Shown: piece by piece, positions 9,190 to 18,579 of the stretch
Numbering within the stretch: the first letter of the stretch is position 1
Layout: each line of letters starts with the position of its first letter
The notes under the pieces: model-generated
What the model saw: only the letters and a program-made list of their open reading frames with translations
Database searches by the model: none
What the model was told of the DNA's origin: nothing
NCBI GenBank assembly: GCA_005893275.1
Contig: VBOW01000032.1
Coordinates: forward strand, 10,088-74,087
Source: Candidatus Eiseniibacteriota bacterium
GTDB lineage: Bacteria > Eisenbacteria > RBG-16-71-46 > SZUA-252
Direction: 5' to 3'
DNA length: 64,000 bases
Translations under genes and position numbers: made by a program

Positions 9190-10731
9190 TCAGTCGAAGT
9201 AGACCCGCTCCAGGAGCCCTTCGGCCGTGAGGCGGAAGGGCTTTCGTTCGCGAAAGAGCTCGCGCGACGGCGCGCGGACTCCACGCACCGGATGAATCGC
9301 GCCCATCCGGATCCAGGGCCGGATCGAGCGAAGCAGCTCGGCGGGCCCGGGATGCGGGTGCGGCGCCAGCGTGAGGTCCAGGACCTCTCCCGAGCCTGCC
9401 CGGGTGAGCGTGCACCCGCAGGGAACGCGGATGATGATCCCGCTGAAAGCTCCCAGCGACCGGTGACGGATCGGAAACTCGTGGACGTGGAGGAGCTGCT
9501 CCCGCGAGCCCTCGCGCGATCGAAGGGGCGTGGAGTGCCGCGCGAGCTTGGCGGACGCGGGGAGATGGAGCGCGGCTCGGATCGCGGCGAGACCCCCGGG
9601 GCGCTCGGGATCGAGCGCGCGAAGCGGGCTCAACCGCCCCGCCCCTTGCTTGCGCCCTCTCTTCCGTCCGGCCTTCTCCCCGGGGAGCGCCGGTAGCTCG
9701 ATCCCATGTCTCGCGAATCCCGCCTCGATCCCCGCGGTGGCCAGGCCCCCCTCCTCGATCTGGTCGGTCCCTCTCATGAGCGCGCCGATATCGCCGTAGC
9801 GCGCCGATCCCGGGGGAAGCTTCTCGATCGCCCGCGCCAGGAGTCTGCCCAGAAGGCGCCGCGCGTGCTCGACGGCTTCATCTCCCTCCATCTTCTTCAA
9901 AGCGCTCGCCAGAACCCAGACCAGGGCATCGTAGAAGGCGCCGGTGAACACCCGCGAAAACGAATGCGGCTCGGCCGCGAGCTCCGTGTCGCCGGCGCCC
10001 GGGGGGAGCGTATCGGGCAGGGCGTAACGGAAACCGTTCCGCGCATCGCGCAGCCGGGTAGGGTCGCTCACGGCGCCCGGACCGAAGTTGTCGTAGATCG
10101 CGCGCCCCAGCGCCTCGGCGAGGCGCGACACCTGGTTGCTCCGATCCCACGCGCCGGCCGCCTCCTCGAGGAGGGCGCGGCGCACGGCGGGATCGGTGAG
10201 CGTGACCAGGAGGGCCGAGCAGTCGGCGAACGCCTCGTGGAAGGACGCGGTCTCAAGATCGGCCGTCGACCAGAACCCCGGCTGGTAGACGTCCAGCACC
10301 GCGTGCCCGGCCTCGTGCGCCACGATGTCCAGGCTCTCCGCCGCGTAGACCGTGCGGCCGGTCTTCTGGTCAATGTCGTAGAAGAACTGGAGGCTCTTTC
10401 GGTCGTAGAAGGCGTTCAGGTCCTTACCGGCGCGCAGCCTCACGCGGAGCGGGCGCCCGTCGTGCCATTGCGTGAAGTCGCGATCGAAGAGGTCCTCCCA
10501 CACGCGGATCGTCCGGGCAAGCGCGACCTCTCCCTGCCAGTACTGAAACGCGAGGGTTCCCGGAGCGTACGGCGCGGGCGCGTAGCGTGGGCCGTCGATC
10601 GTAAAGGAGGGCTCGCTTGCGGAGGGGCTCACGGGCGTTGCCGGCTGGAGACCCACGGGCGCGTCGGGGTCGTTGGGATAGAAGCGGATCTCGGACGTGG
10701 AGCGGGCCTTCTTGCGCCTCGTGGGGGTCAC
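9190..10731 (-). CDS. thermolysin-like (gluzincin, HExxH...E) zinc metalloprotease, no signal peptide
   Basis: VAHEAGHAV followed 18 aa later by ETASFHEAFAD, matching the M4-type HExxH + NEAxSD arrangement. GTG start at 10731 overlaps the PolX stop (GTGA). There is no ATG between the PolX stop and the HExxH region. Confidence 0.6.
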   Translation of the reverse strand: MTPTRRKKARSTSEIRFYPNDPDAPVGLQPATPVSPSASEPSFTIDGPRYAPAPYAPGTLAFQYWQGEVALARTIRVWEDLFDRDFTQWHDGRPLRVRLRAGKDLNAFYDRKSLQFFYDIDQKTGRTVYAAESLDIVAHEAGHAVLDVYQPGFWSTADLETASFHEAFADCSALLVTLTDPAVRRALLEEAAGAWDRSNQVSRLAEALGRAIYDNFGPGAVSDPTRLRDARNGFRYALPDTLPPGAGDTELAAEPHSFSRVFTGAFYDALVWVLASALKKMEGDEAVEHARRLLGRLLARAIEKLPPGSARYGDIGALMRGTDQIEEGGLATAGIEAGFARHGIELPALPGEKAGRKRGRKQGAGRLSPLRALDPERPGGLAAIRAALHLPASAKLARHSTPLRSREGSREQLLHVHEFPIRHRSLGAFSGIIIRVPCGCTLTRAGSGEVLDLTLAPHPHPGPAELLRSIRPWIRMGAIHPVRGVRAPSRELFRERKPFRLTAEGLLERVYFD

Positions 10732-12458
10732 GCCCGGCGGCTCCTCATGAGGGCGAGCGCGCGATCGACCGCGAGCGTGTTCACGACGTCTCCTTGGGTG
10801 AGCCACGCTTTCCGCGCGACGCCGACGCCGTAACGGAGATCGGCGTATCCGCTCGCGTGGTGCGCGTCGGGATTGATCGCGAAGCGGGCTCCCCGTGCCT
10901 TCGCTTTCAGGACCTCGCGCCAGTCCAGATCGAGACGGTGTGGGTTCGAGTTGATCTCCACGAAGACTCCCTCCGCGGCGGCGACCTTGAAGACCTCCTC
11001 GAGCGCGATCGGGTACCCGTCCCGTTCCAGGAGGAGGCGGCCCGTCGGGTGCGCCAGGATGGAGACGTAGCGATTCCGGAGCGCGCGCGTCACCCGTTTC
11101 GTCATCTCGGCCTCGCTCATGTTGAGATTGGTGTGCACGGACGCCACCACGTAGTCGAGCTTCTGGAGCACGCGGTCGGGGTAGTCGAGGCTTCCGTCCG
11201 GCAGGATATCCACTTCGGCGCCTTTCAGGATCCTCAGTTTCTTGGATTTGGCATTCCAGGCGTCGACCTCCTCCCACTGGCGCGCAAGGTCCGCTTCGCT
11301 CATGCCCCTCGCGTAGCGCGCCGAGAGGCTGTGGTCCGCGAGGCCGAGGTAGGAGGCGCCCCACGCGACGGCGGCTTCGGCCATCTCGACGAGGGTGGAG
11401 CGGCCGTCGCTGTACGTGGTGTGACAGTGCAGGATGCCCCGGATGTCGCGCGTCGTGATGAGCTTCGGGAGCGTCTTCGTCTCGGCGGCCTCGATCTCGC
11501 CTCGGTTCTCCCGCAGCTCGGGCTCGATGTAGGCGAGGCCGAGCACCCGAAACAGGTCCCCCTCGTTCGAGACCGGCGCGTGGCGTTTTCCCGAAAGCTC
11601 GTACTCGTTCAGGCTCATGCCGCGATCGAGGGCGCGGCTCCGGACCCGGACGTTGTGCGCGACGCTGCCCGTGAAGTAATGGAGCGCGAACGGGAACTGC
11701 TTGGGCAGAACGAGCCTCAGATCCACCGCAAGTCCCGAGGGGAGGCGGATCGACGTCTTCGTCTCGCCGCTCGCGATGATCGCCGCGGACTCGACCAGCC
11801 TGAGGAAGGCCTTGGTCACCTTGTCCGGCTTCTCGGTCGCGACGAGGAGATCCACATCCTTCACCGTCTCGAGCCACCTCCTCAAGCTTCCCCCGACCTC
11901 CGCCTCGAGGACGTCCGCGTGATCCCGGAGCTTTGCGATCAGCTCCTCGGCGATCGGCCGCACCTGGCTCGCGAGGGAGCGGTCCGCGCCCTTCTCCAAG
12001 AGAGCGATCCCCTCGAGGATTCGCCTCTCCGACTGCTCCCCGAATCCTTTGAGCGCGCGAATCAGTCCCTTCTCCCCCGCCGCCTTCAGCTCCGCGATCG
12101 AGGTGATTTCGAGCTTCTCGCCGAGAACGCGCACGCGCTTGGCGCCCAGCCCCGGCACGCGGACCATGTCCAGGTAGCCGGGAGGGATGGAGTCGACGAG
12201 CGCCTCATAGAAGGCCATATGCCCGGTCTTCCACAGCTCGCTGACCCGCTGCGCCGTGCTTTCTCCGATGCCGGGGACTTCGGTCAGGGTGCCCGCCTCG
12301 ATGATCTCGCCCAGATCCTCGGTCAGCCCGTCGATCGCATGCGCCGCGTTCTGGTAGGCGCGGACCTTGAACGGGTTTTCGCCCTTGAGCTCGAGCAGCG
12401 TCGCGATTTCCTCGAGGATGCGCGAGACGTCTCGCTTGTCCACAAGGGCTCCGCTCAT
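10728..12458 (-). CDS. DNA polymerase X family protein with C-terminal PHP phosphoesterase domain
   Basis: Pol beta-like N-terminus (HhH, GIGESTAQRV, nucleotidyltransferase GSLRRWLETVKDVDLLV) and a PHP domain (HCHTTYSDG ... HSLSA). Start at MSGALVDK (ATG 12458), overlapping the upstream stop (ATGA). Confidence 0.85.
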   Translation of the reverse strand: MSGALVDKRDVSRILEEIATLLELKGENPFKVRAYQNAAHAIDGLTEDLGEIIEAGTLTEVPGIGESTAQRVSELWKTGHMAFYEALVDSIPPGYLDMVRVPGLGAKRVRVLGEKLEITSIAELKAAGEKGLIRALKGFGEQSERRILEGIALLEKGADRSLASQVRPIAEELIAKLRDHADVLEAEVGGSLRRWLETVKDVDLLVATEKPDKVTKAFLRLVESAAIIASGETKTSIRLPSGLAVDLRLVLPKQFPFALHYFTGSVAHNVRVRSRALDRGMSLNEYELSGKRHAPVSNEGDLFRVLGLAYIEPELRENRGEIEAAETKTLPKLITTRDIRGILHCHTTYSDGRSTLVEMAEAAVAWGASYLGLADHSLSARYARGMSEADLARQWEEVDAWNAKSKKLRILKGAEVDILPDGSLDYPDRVLQKLDYVVASVHTNLNMSEAEMTKRVTRALRNRYVSILAHPTGRLLLERDGYPIALEEVFKVAAAEGVFVEINSNPHRLDLDWREVLKAKARGARFAINPDAHHASGYADLRYGVGVARKAWLTQGDVVNTLAVDRALALMRSRRA

Positions 12459-13093
12459 AGCCTCAGGCTGACGGTGACTCCGTCCCGGATCGGCAGGAGG
12501 GTCGTGAAGAAATCGGGGGCGTGAAACAGCGCGCGGGTCAGCTCGAGAATGCCGCGCGTGCGCCGGTCGGGGCGGGCGCGCATGACCCTGCCGCTCCAGA
12601 GCATGTTGTCGGAAATCAAGAGGCCTCCCCGCCGGAGCTTCTTTCGGGCGAGGGGGAGGACGCGGGGGTACTGGTCCTTGTCGATGTCGTTCAGGATCAC
12701 GTCGAAACGGCCGCGCTCCGACGACAGGAGCTCGAGCCCGTCGCCTACGAGCGGCCTGACCCGGGCGGCGAGCCGCGCGGATTTCAGGTACTTCATGGCG
12801 AGGCGCGAATTGGCGGGATTGCCCTCCGTCATGACGACGAGTCCCCTGGGCCCCACCGCCTGGGCGAACCATACCGCTGAATAGCCGTACCCCGAGCCAA
12901 GCTCGAAGACCCGCCGCGCGTCGATCATGCGCGCGAGCTGAAACAGCACCGGCCCGACGAGGGGGCCGATGATCGGGAACCCGTTGCGCTCCGCGTAGGC
13001 TTCCATCGAGCGCAAGATCGGGTGCCTCCGCGTCTGGATCGAGCGGAGATACCGGTTGATCTTCGGATGGGTGATGGGAAAGGGAACGCTCAC
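12455..13093 (-). CDS. class I SAM-dependent O-methyltransferase (caffeoyl-CoA OMT-like)
   Basis: VFELGSGYGYSAVWFA SAM motif I and DVILNDIDKDQY. GTG start at 13093 with GGAGGA 6 nt upstream, rather than the longer listed ORF. Confidence 0.65.
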   Translation of the reverse strand: MSVPFPITHPKINRYLRSIQTRRHPILRSMEAYAERNGFPIIGPLVGPVLFQLARMIDARRVFELGSGYGYSAVWFAQAVGPRGLVVMTEGNPANSRLAMKYLKSARLAARVRPLVGDGLELLSSERGRFDVILNDIDKDQYPRVLPLARKKLRRGGLLISDNMLWSGRVMRARPDRRTRGILELTRALFHAPDFFTTLLPIRDGVTVSLRL

Positions 13094-13130
13094 CTGGGGT
13101 CCTCCTCGAGGGAAGAAACGCCCGGTCGGC

Positions 13131-13556
13131 CTAGGGAAGCTCGGCCAAAGGTCTCCGGCCCGAGAAACCCTCATCGACCGGGTGCCAATGCATGACCCGC
13201 GCCTCGCCGCGCCGCCAGCAAAGGCAAACGACACGGTCCCGGGACATCGTATAGAAGTCGATGAGCCCGAGATCCAAATCGCGGAGAATACAGCCTCGAG
13301 ACGCCACGCGGAGGAGCGCTTCGCGAAATTGGTCCAGCAGCCGGGCGGACTGGGCTTCCTTCTCCCGGAGGTGGCGTACGTCCTGATTCCTGCTCGTCGC
13401 GCCGGAGCCCTCGATGGCGCTCAATACCTGAACCTCGTTCCTCAGGGATGCGATCTCGCGTCCCGTCGCGGAGAGTGAATCCAGCGCTTCTTCCAGGAAC
13501 GGGATGAGCGCGTTCGCCTCATCCACCGAGAAGATTTTGTTTCGGATCCGTTCCAT
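13131..13556 (-). CDS. conserved hypothetical protein (DUF2203-like)
   Basis: Start at MERIRNKIFSVDEANALIPFLEE... C-terminal WHPVDEGF resembles DUF2203. Family assignment is from memory and is weak. Confidence 0.5.
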   Translation of the reverse strand: MERIRNKIFSVDEANALIPFLEEALDSLSATGREIASLRNEVQVLSAIEGSGATSRNQDVRHLREKEAQSARLLDQFREALLRVASRGCILRDLDLGLIDFYTMSRDRVVCLCWRRGEARVMHWHPVDEGFSGRRPLAELP

Positions 13557-13688
13557 CGGGTCCCCCGGGATCGAGGGTCGCTTTCGTCCAGCGTGCCACG
13601 ACGCGCCTTCAAACTTATCAGACCCTCCCGAGCCCTTGCAACCGGCTGGGGAATCTGCAAGGCTGAGGGCGTGTCCAGGGACCCCTCG

Positions 13689-15218
13689 ATGTCCCGTCGC
13701 GATTTTCTGCGCCGAGGCGCCTACCTCACGTCCGCGATCGCGGCCGGGCTTCCCGAAGCTGTGTCGCTCCTCCATCCCAAGACGGCCGATGCGGCGATCA
13801 TGGGGATCGGCCAGGAGCTGCGCGATGTCCTGAACGAGGAGACCGTGAATCGAATCCTCCAGGAGGCGCTCGCGCGAGGGGGGGACTTCGCGGACGTTTT
13901 CGCCGAGCAGCGCTTTCGGACCGCGATCGTGCTGGACGCGGGGAAGATCGATTCGGTCACGTACGGGTATCCCCGCGGCGCAGGGGTGCGCGTCGCGCGA
14001 CGCAACCAGACCGGATACGCCTTCTCGGATGAGATTTCGTATTCCTCGCTGCTAGACGCCGCGCGCGTCGCATCCACGGTCGTGGAAACCCAGAGCCGCA
14101 CCAATCCGATCGACGTGACCCGGCGGAATCTTCAGCCGCCCTTCACCCTTCAAAATCCCGAGCCGCTCATGCTCGAGACCGCCAAATTCGACGTGCTGCG
14201 GCGGATGGATGCTGCGGCGCGCGGGGTGGACCCGCGCATCGTGTCGGTGCGGATCGAGTACGTGGACGAGGTGCGCGACGTCTTGATCGGCACGTCGGAT
14301 GGCGTCTACGTGCTGGACCGCCAATACCTCCTCAGCGTCTCGTGCGTGCCCGCGGCCCAGGCCGGCGGAAAGCGCGGCAGCGGGCTCGCCACGATGGGCG
14401 GGCGCGTGGAAGCGGACTACTTCGTGCGGCGGAGCCCCGAGGACGCCGCGCGGCAGGCCGCGCTCCAGGCGGTCCGGCTGCTCGACGCCGGGCCCGCGCC
14501 CGCCGGACCGATGCCGGTGGTCGTCGCGCCGGGGTGGGGCGGCGTGCTCATCCACGAATCGCTCGGCCACGCGCTCGAAGGGGACGGAGTCCGGCGCGGG
14601 ACCTCGCTCTTGACCGGCCTCGGCGGGACCCGGGTCGCATCGCCGCTCGTGCGCGTGGTGGACGACGGGCGCTGGCCGAACGGTCGCGGCTCCTCCGCCG
14701 CGGACGACGAGGGCACTCCGGCTCAGCGCACGGTGGCCGTCGAGGCGGGAGTGCTTCAGTCCTACCTCCTCGACAAGCAGAACGCCGCGCTTCTCGGGCT
14801 TCGCTCCACCGGAAACGGACGGCGGATGTCCTACCGGAACTGGCCGATCCCGCGCATGACCAATACCTACATCGATTCCGGTTCCAGCGATCCTGCCTCC
14901 CTCCTGAACGGAATCGCCAAGGGCTTTTACGCCGCGGAGCTGGGCGGGGGATCGGTGGATACGACGAGCGGCAATTTCAACTTCGCGGTGCGGGAGGGCT
15001 ATTGGATCGAAAATGGCCGGCGGACCCGACCGGTCCGGGGAGCGGTCCTCGTCGGCAATTCGCTCGAGACGATGAAGCGGATCGAAGGAATCGGGTCCGA
15101 TCTCGTGATCGAGCTGTCGCGCGGCACGTGCGGCAAGGACGGCCAGATGGTTCCGGTCGGCGTGGGGCAGCCCACGGTGCGCTTCTCCTCGATTACGGTG
15201 GGAGGGCCTTCGATCTAG
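13689..15218 (+). CDS. tldD: TldD-family metalloprotease with twin-arginine (Tat) signal peptide
   Basis: MSRRDFLRRGAYLTSAIAAGLPEAVSLLHP Tat motif, then TldD/PmbA fold (HESLGHALEGD...). Confidence 0.8.
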   Translation: MSRRDFLRRGAYLTSAIAAGLPEAVSLLHPKTADAAIMGIGQELRDVLNEETVNRILQEALARGGDFADVFAEQRFRTAIVLDAGKIDSVTYGYPRGAGVRVARRNQTGYAFSDEISYSSLLDAARVASTVVETQSRTNPIDVTRRNLQPPFTLQNPEPLMLETAKFDVLRRMDAAARGVDPRIVSVRIEYVDEVRDVLIGTSDGVYVLDRQYLLSVSCVPAAQAGGKRGSGLATMGGRVEADYFVRRSPEDAARQAALQAVRLLDAGPAPAGPMPVVVAPGWGGVLIHESLGHALEGDGVRRGTSLLTGLGGTRVASPLVRVVDDGRWPNGRGSSAADDEGTPAQRTVAVEAGVLQSYLLDKQNAALLGLRSTGNGRRMSYRNWPIPRMTNTYIDSGSSDPASLLNGIAKGFYAAELGGGSVDTTSGNFNFAVREGYWIENGRRTRPVRGAVLVGNSLETMKRIEGIGSDLVIELSRGTCGKDGQMVPVGVGQPTVRFSSITVGGPSI

Positions 15219-15219
15219 C

Positions 15220-16569
15220 ATGCCGAGACAGTCCGCGGTCGATCTCGCCGAAAGGATTCGGATCCAAGCCGAGCGCTCCGGCGCGCAGGAAGCGGAGACC
15301 TACTTGGAATCCGGCACGACCACCGAGGCGCGCCTGCGCCAGGGACAGGTCGAGCTGTTCCAGCAATCCTCGATCCTGGGCCTCGGGCTCCGGGTCTTTC
15401 GCGATCGGCGGATGGGGTTTCTCTACACGACCGATCTTCGCGAGACCGTGCTGAACGAGCTCGTCAACCGGACGCTGGCGCTCACCAACATGGCCACCCC
15501 GCGCGACGAGAACAAGATCACGGAGACCCTGGCGGTCACGCAGTCGGATCTGGAATTACGGGATGAGGCGGTCGTTCGGCTCCGCCCCGAGGATCTGATC
15601 CGGTTCGCGCGCACCGCGGAGGAGAGCGCGTTCGCACAGGACAAGAGGATCCAGACCACGAAGGACGTGCGCTGCGGCACTGCGGTGGCGGAGGTCTATT
15701 TCTCGAACACCTACATCGCGCGCCAGACCTATCGCGGGACGACGGTCTGGCTCTCGGCCACTCCGGTGGCGACCCAGGGGTCGCAGCGCAGGGAGGGCTC
15801 CTTCATCGACCGGAAACGCTTCCTGGCGGACCTCGCGAGGCCGGAGCAGATAGGGCAGCGCGCGGTGGAGCGCGCGCTCGCAAAGCTCGGGGGGACGCCT
15901 GTCCCTTCGGCCAGGGTGCCGGTCGTCTTCTCCGCGGAGGCCGCGGGGGTCTTCTTGCAGGGGCTCTTCGCGGCGTTCAGCGCGCTCAACGTGCTCGAGC
16001 AGCGCTCGTTCCTCACCGGGAAGCTGGGGCAAGCGATCGCTTCGCCCGCCGTCACGATCGTCGACGACGGAACGATGCGGCGCGGTCTCGGGAGCCGCTA
16101 TTTCGACGGCGAAGGGGGAGAGACCAACCGCACGGTGGCGGTGGATCGGGGCGTCTTGCGCCAATACCTCCACTCGGCCGCAACCGCGCGAAGGATGAAC
16201 GTTCCTCCCACGGGAAACGGGCTGCGCTCCTACGACACGCTCCCGGCGATAGGGCCGACCAACTTCTACATCGACTACGGCTCCACCGGGACGGACAGGC
16301 TCCGGCGGGAAGTGGACCGGGGCCTCTACGTCACCGGGCTCGCCGGGTTCGGCGTGGATACCGTTTCGGGGGAATACTCGCAGCAGGTGGAAGGGCAGTG
16401 GATCGAGAAAGGAGAGCTGACCAAGCCGGTCGAGGGCGTGACCGTCGCGGGGCGGCTCGACGAGATGCTGCTCGGGATCGACGGCGTCGGCACGGATCTC
16501 GAGTTCCGATCCAACGTGGCCTCGCCCACGATCCGATTCAAGGAGCTGACGGTGGCGGGAGGGGCGTAG
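15220..16569 (+). CDS. pmbA: PmbA/TldE-family protein (TldD partner)
   Basis: PmbA_TldD fold with C-terminal GxGxD-type motifs. It starts 2 nt after the tldD stop and has no signal peptide. Confidence 0.8.
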   Translation: MPRQSAVDLAERIRIQAERSGAQEAETYLESGTTTEARLRQGQVELFQQSSILGLGLRVFRDRRMGFLYTTDLRETVLNELVNRTLALTNMATPRDENKITETLAVTQSDLELRDEAVVRLRPEDLIRFARTAEESAFAQDKRIQTTKDVRCGTAVAEVYFSNTYIARQTYRGTTVWLSATPVATQGSQRREGSFIDRKRFLADLARPEQIGQRAVERALAKLGGTPVPSARVPVVFSAEAAGVFLQGLFAAFSALNVLEQRSFLTGKLGQAIASPAVTIVDDGTMRRGLGSRYFDGEGGETNRTVAVDRGVLRQYLHSAATARRMNVPPTGNGLRSYDTLPAIGPTNFYIDYGSTGTDRLRREVDRGLYVTGLAGFGVDTVSGEYSQQVEGQWIEKGELTKPVEGVTVAGRLDEMLLGIDGVGTDLEFRSNVASPTIRFKELTVAGGA

Positions 16570-16591
16570 GGGGTCGAGGCGGGCGCCGGCG

Positions 16592-17622
16592 TCAGGCCGG
16601 CGACTCCGACGGCTTGGGCTGTGTGTCCCCCTCCTCCTTTGGCGCCGCGTAGAGCTCGCCCACCGTGAATTTCTTCGGCTGCTTCACGTAGATGTAGGCG
16701 GTATTCGCCGCGGCTGCCCCCTCGCTGCACGCGGTGATCAGGAGCTTGTACTTGCCGGGGTACGTCGCGATGTCTCCGCACGAGAGCACGCCTTTGATGT
16801 TCGTGTTCATGATGTTGTCTACCTTGATCTGATTCCCCTCGAGCTCGAGCCCCCACGAGCGGATCACCTTCGTGTCCATGAGGAATCCGATGTTGATCGA
16901 GACCAGATCGATCGGGAGCTCCTGCGTCTCCTCGCTCTTCTTGTTTTTCACGACCACCGTCTCGACCTTGCCGTCATGGTGCGGATCTTGGAGGCCTGGA
17001 TCTCCTCGACGTAGGTGTCCATGCCCTGCCACTTGTCCAGCATGTGGATCAGCGTCACGTCGGCGACGTCCTTGACCGACAACGCCGATTCCAGCGCGCT
17101 GTCGCCGCCGCCGATGATGAGCACGCGTTTCCCCTTGCTCGCCTCCACGTCGGGCATTCCGTAGAAGAGACCCTTGCCCTTGAGCTCGGCCTCGCCGGGC
17201 TTGTTGATTTTTCGGGGCTCGAACGCCCCGCCCCCGGTCGCCACGATCACGCTCCTAGCCTCGTGCTCTCCCTTGGTCGAAGTGACGCGGATCAGGTTCT
17301 GCTCGTCGTCCCGACGGATCATGGTCACGTGCTCGCGCTCGCGAATCTCCGCGCCCATGTGATTCGCCTGGTCCACGAAGTTCTTCCCCAGGTCCTCGCC
17401 CATCACGTAGGTATAGGAAGGGTAGTCGTGGACCGGCTTCTTGGGGTAGAGCGAGGCGAGCTGTCCCCCTGCCACCGCCGTGTCGAGCAGGAGCGTCGAC
17501 ATCCGGCGCATGCGGGTGAAGAGCGCCGCCGAAAGTCCGGCCGGCCCGGCTCCGATGATGAGGATGTCCCAGATCACGATTCGATTATACGTTCCATGGT
17601 TGACGCGAGCGGGAGAAGGCAT
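16592..17622 (-). pseudogene. FNR-type / thioredoxin-reductase-like FAD-dependent pyridine nucleotide-disulfide oxidoreductase, interrupted by a frameshift near 16950-17030
   Basis: ORF 16948..17727(-) carries IIGAGPAGLSAALF...GGGDSALE and ends ...ASKIRTMTARSRRWS*. ORF 16592..17032(-) continues the same family in the -1 frame (HHDGKVETVVVKN...GVLSCGDIATYPGKYKLLITACSEGAAAA). The two frames are both open over 16948..17032. Confidence 0.6.
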
Positions 17623-17771
17623 GCGAGCATACCACACGGGGGCCCCGTTGATCCCACGACGGGGGAAGTGATACCCTGCGTGGGTCATGGTCCCCGGCTT
17701 TTCCAAAACACCCGTCCACCGGCTCATCGAAACAGGCCCAGGAACGCTCGATCGCTAACGCGCCTTCCCTC

Positions 17772-18569
17772 CTGATCCGCGAACCCGACCTCGAAGGCCC
17801 GATCGCGTTCCTCGGAGGCCTCTACAGCAATCACATCGCGCTCCGCGCCGTCCTCGCCGACGCGCGGCGCCGCGGCGCCAGGCGGATTTTCTGTCTCGGC
17901 GATCTCGGCGGGTTCGGTCCCAATCCCGGAAAGATCTACCCGATCCTCGAAGAGTTTCGCGTGACCACGGTCGCGGGAAACTACGATGAATCGCTCGCGA
18001 TGGGGCTCCCCGACTGCGGCTGCGGCTATACGCACCCCTCCGACAACTTCTTCGCGCAGCTTTCCTACGACTACACGAACCGCCGCACGACCGACGCGGA
18101 GCGCGAGCGGCTCGCGGCGCTCCCGAAGTCGATCCGCTTCACCCGCGGCGGGCGGCGCCACCTCCTCTGCCACGGGTCTCCACGCAGGATCAACGAGTTC
18201 CTCTGGGATTCGGCGTGCTCGGACGCGTTTCTGATGCGGCTTCTGCGCGAGGCGGGCGCCGAGACGATTCTGTGCGCGCACACGGGGATCCATTGGCAAA
18301 GAACCCTGGTCGACGGCGGCCTCTTCGTGAACGCGGGGGCCGTGGGGAGGCCGGCCAACGACGGGCGCACCGAGGTCTGGTACGCGTTTTTTGGGGCGGG
18401 GCGCCACGAGGCGGAATTCGTCCCGGTCGCCTACGACTTCGAAGCGCTCGCGCGCGAAATGGAAGAGGAGGGGCTTCCCGCCGAGTTCGTCGAGACGATC
18501 CGGACCGGTTGGTGGACGACCTGCCTGGAGATCCTGCCGGCGAGGGAGCGGGCCCGGGGGAAGTTCTGA
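17772..18569 (+). CDS. calcineurin-like metallophosphoesterase (YfcE/MPP family); start codon unresolved
   Basis: The listed ORF starts at GTG 17961 (VTTVAGNYDE...). The same frame is open upstream and encodes the conserved N-terminal MPP motifs (IAFLGGLYSNH...IFCLGDLGGFG). No ATG/GTG/TTG lies upstream of them, so a CTG at 17772 is proposed. Confidence 0.55.
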   Translation: MIREPDLEGPIAFLGGLYSNHIALRAVLADARRRGARRIFCLGDLGGFGPNPGKIYPILEEFRVTTVAGNYDESLAMGLPDCGCGYTHPSDNFFAQLSYDYTNRRTTDAERERLAALPKSIRFTRGGRRHLLCHGSPRRINEFLWDSACSDAFLMRLLREAGAETILCAHTGIHWQRTLVDGGLFVNAGAVGRPANDGRTEVWYAFFGAGRHEAEFVPVAYDFEALAREMEEEGLPAEFVETIRTGWWTTCLEILPARERARGKF

Positions 18570-18579
18570 TGGAGGCTCG

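Noticed and set aside
16948-17032. Programmed -1 ribosomal frameshift in the FNR-like gene
   Set aside because: There is no X XXY YYZ slippery heptamer and no downstream pseudoknot-like structure in the overlap. A 1-nt indel (pseudogene or sequencing error) explains it more simply.
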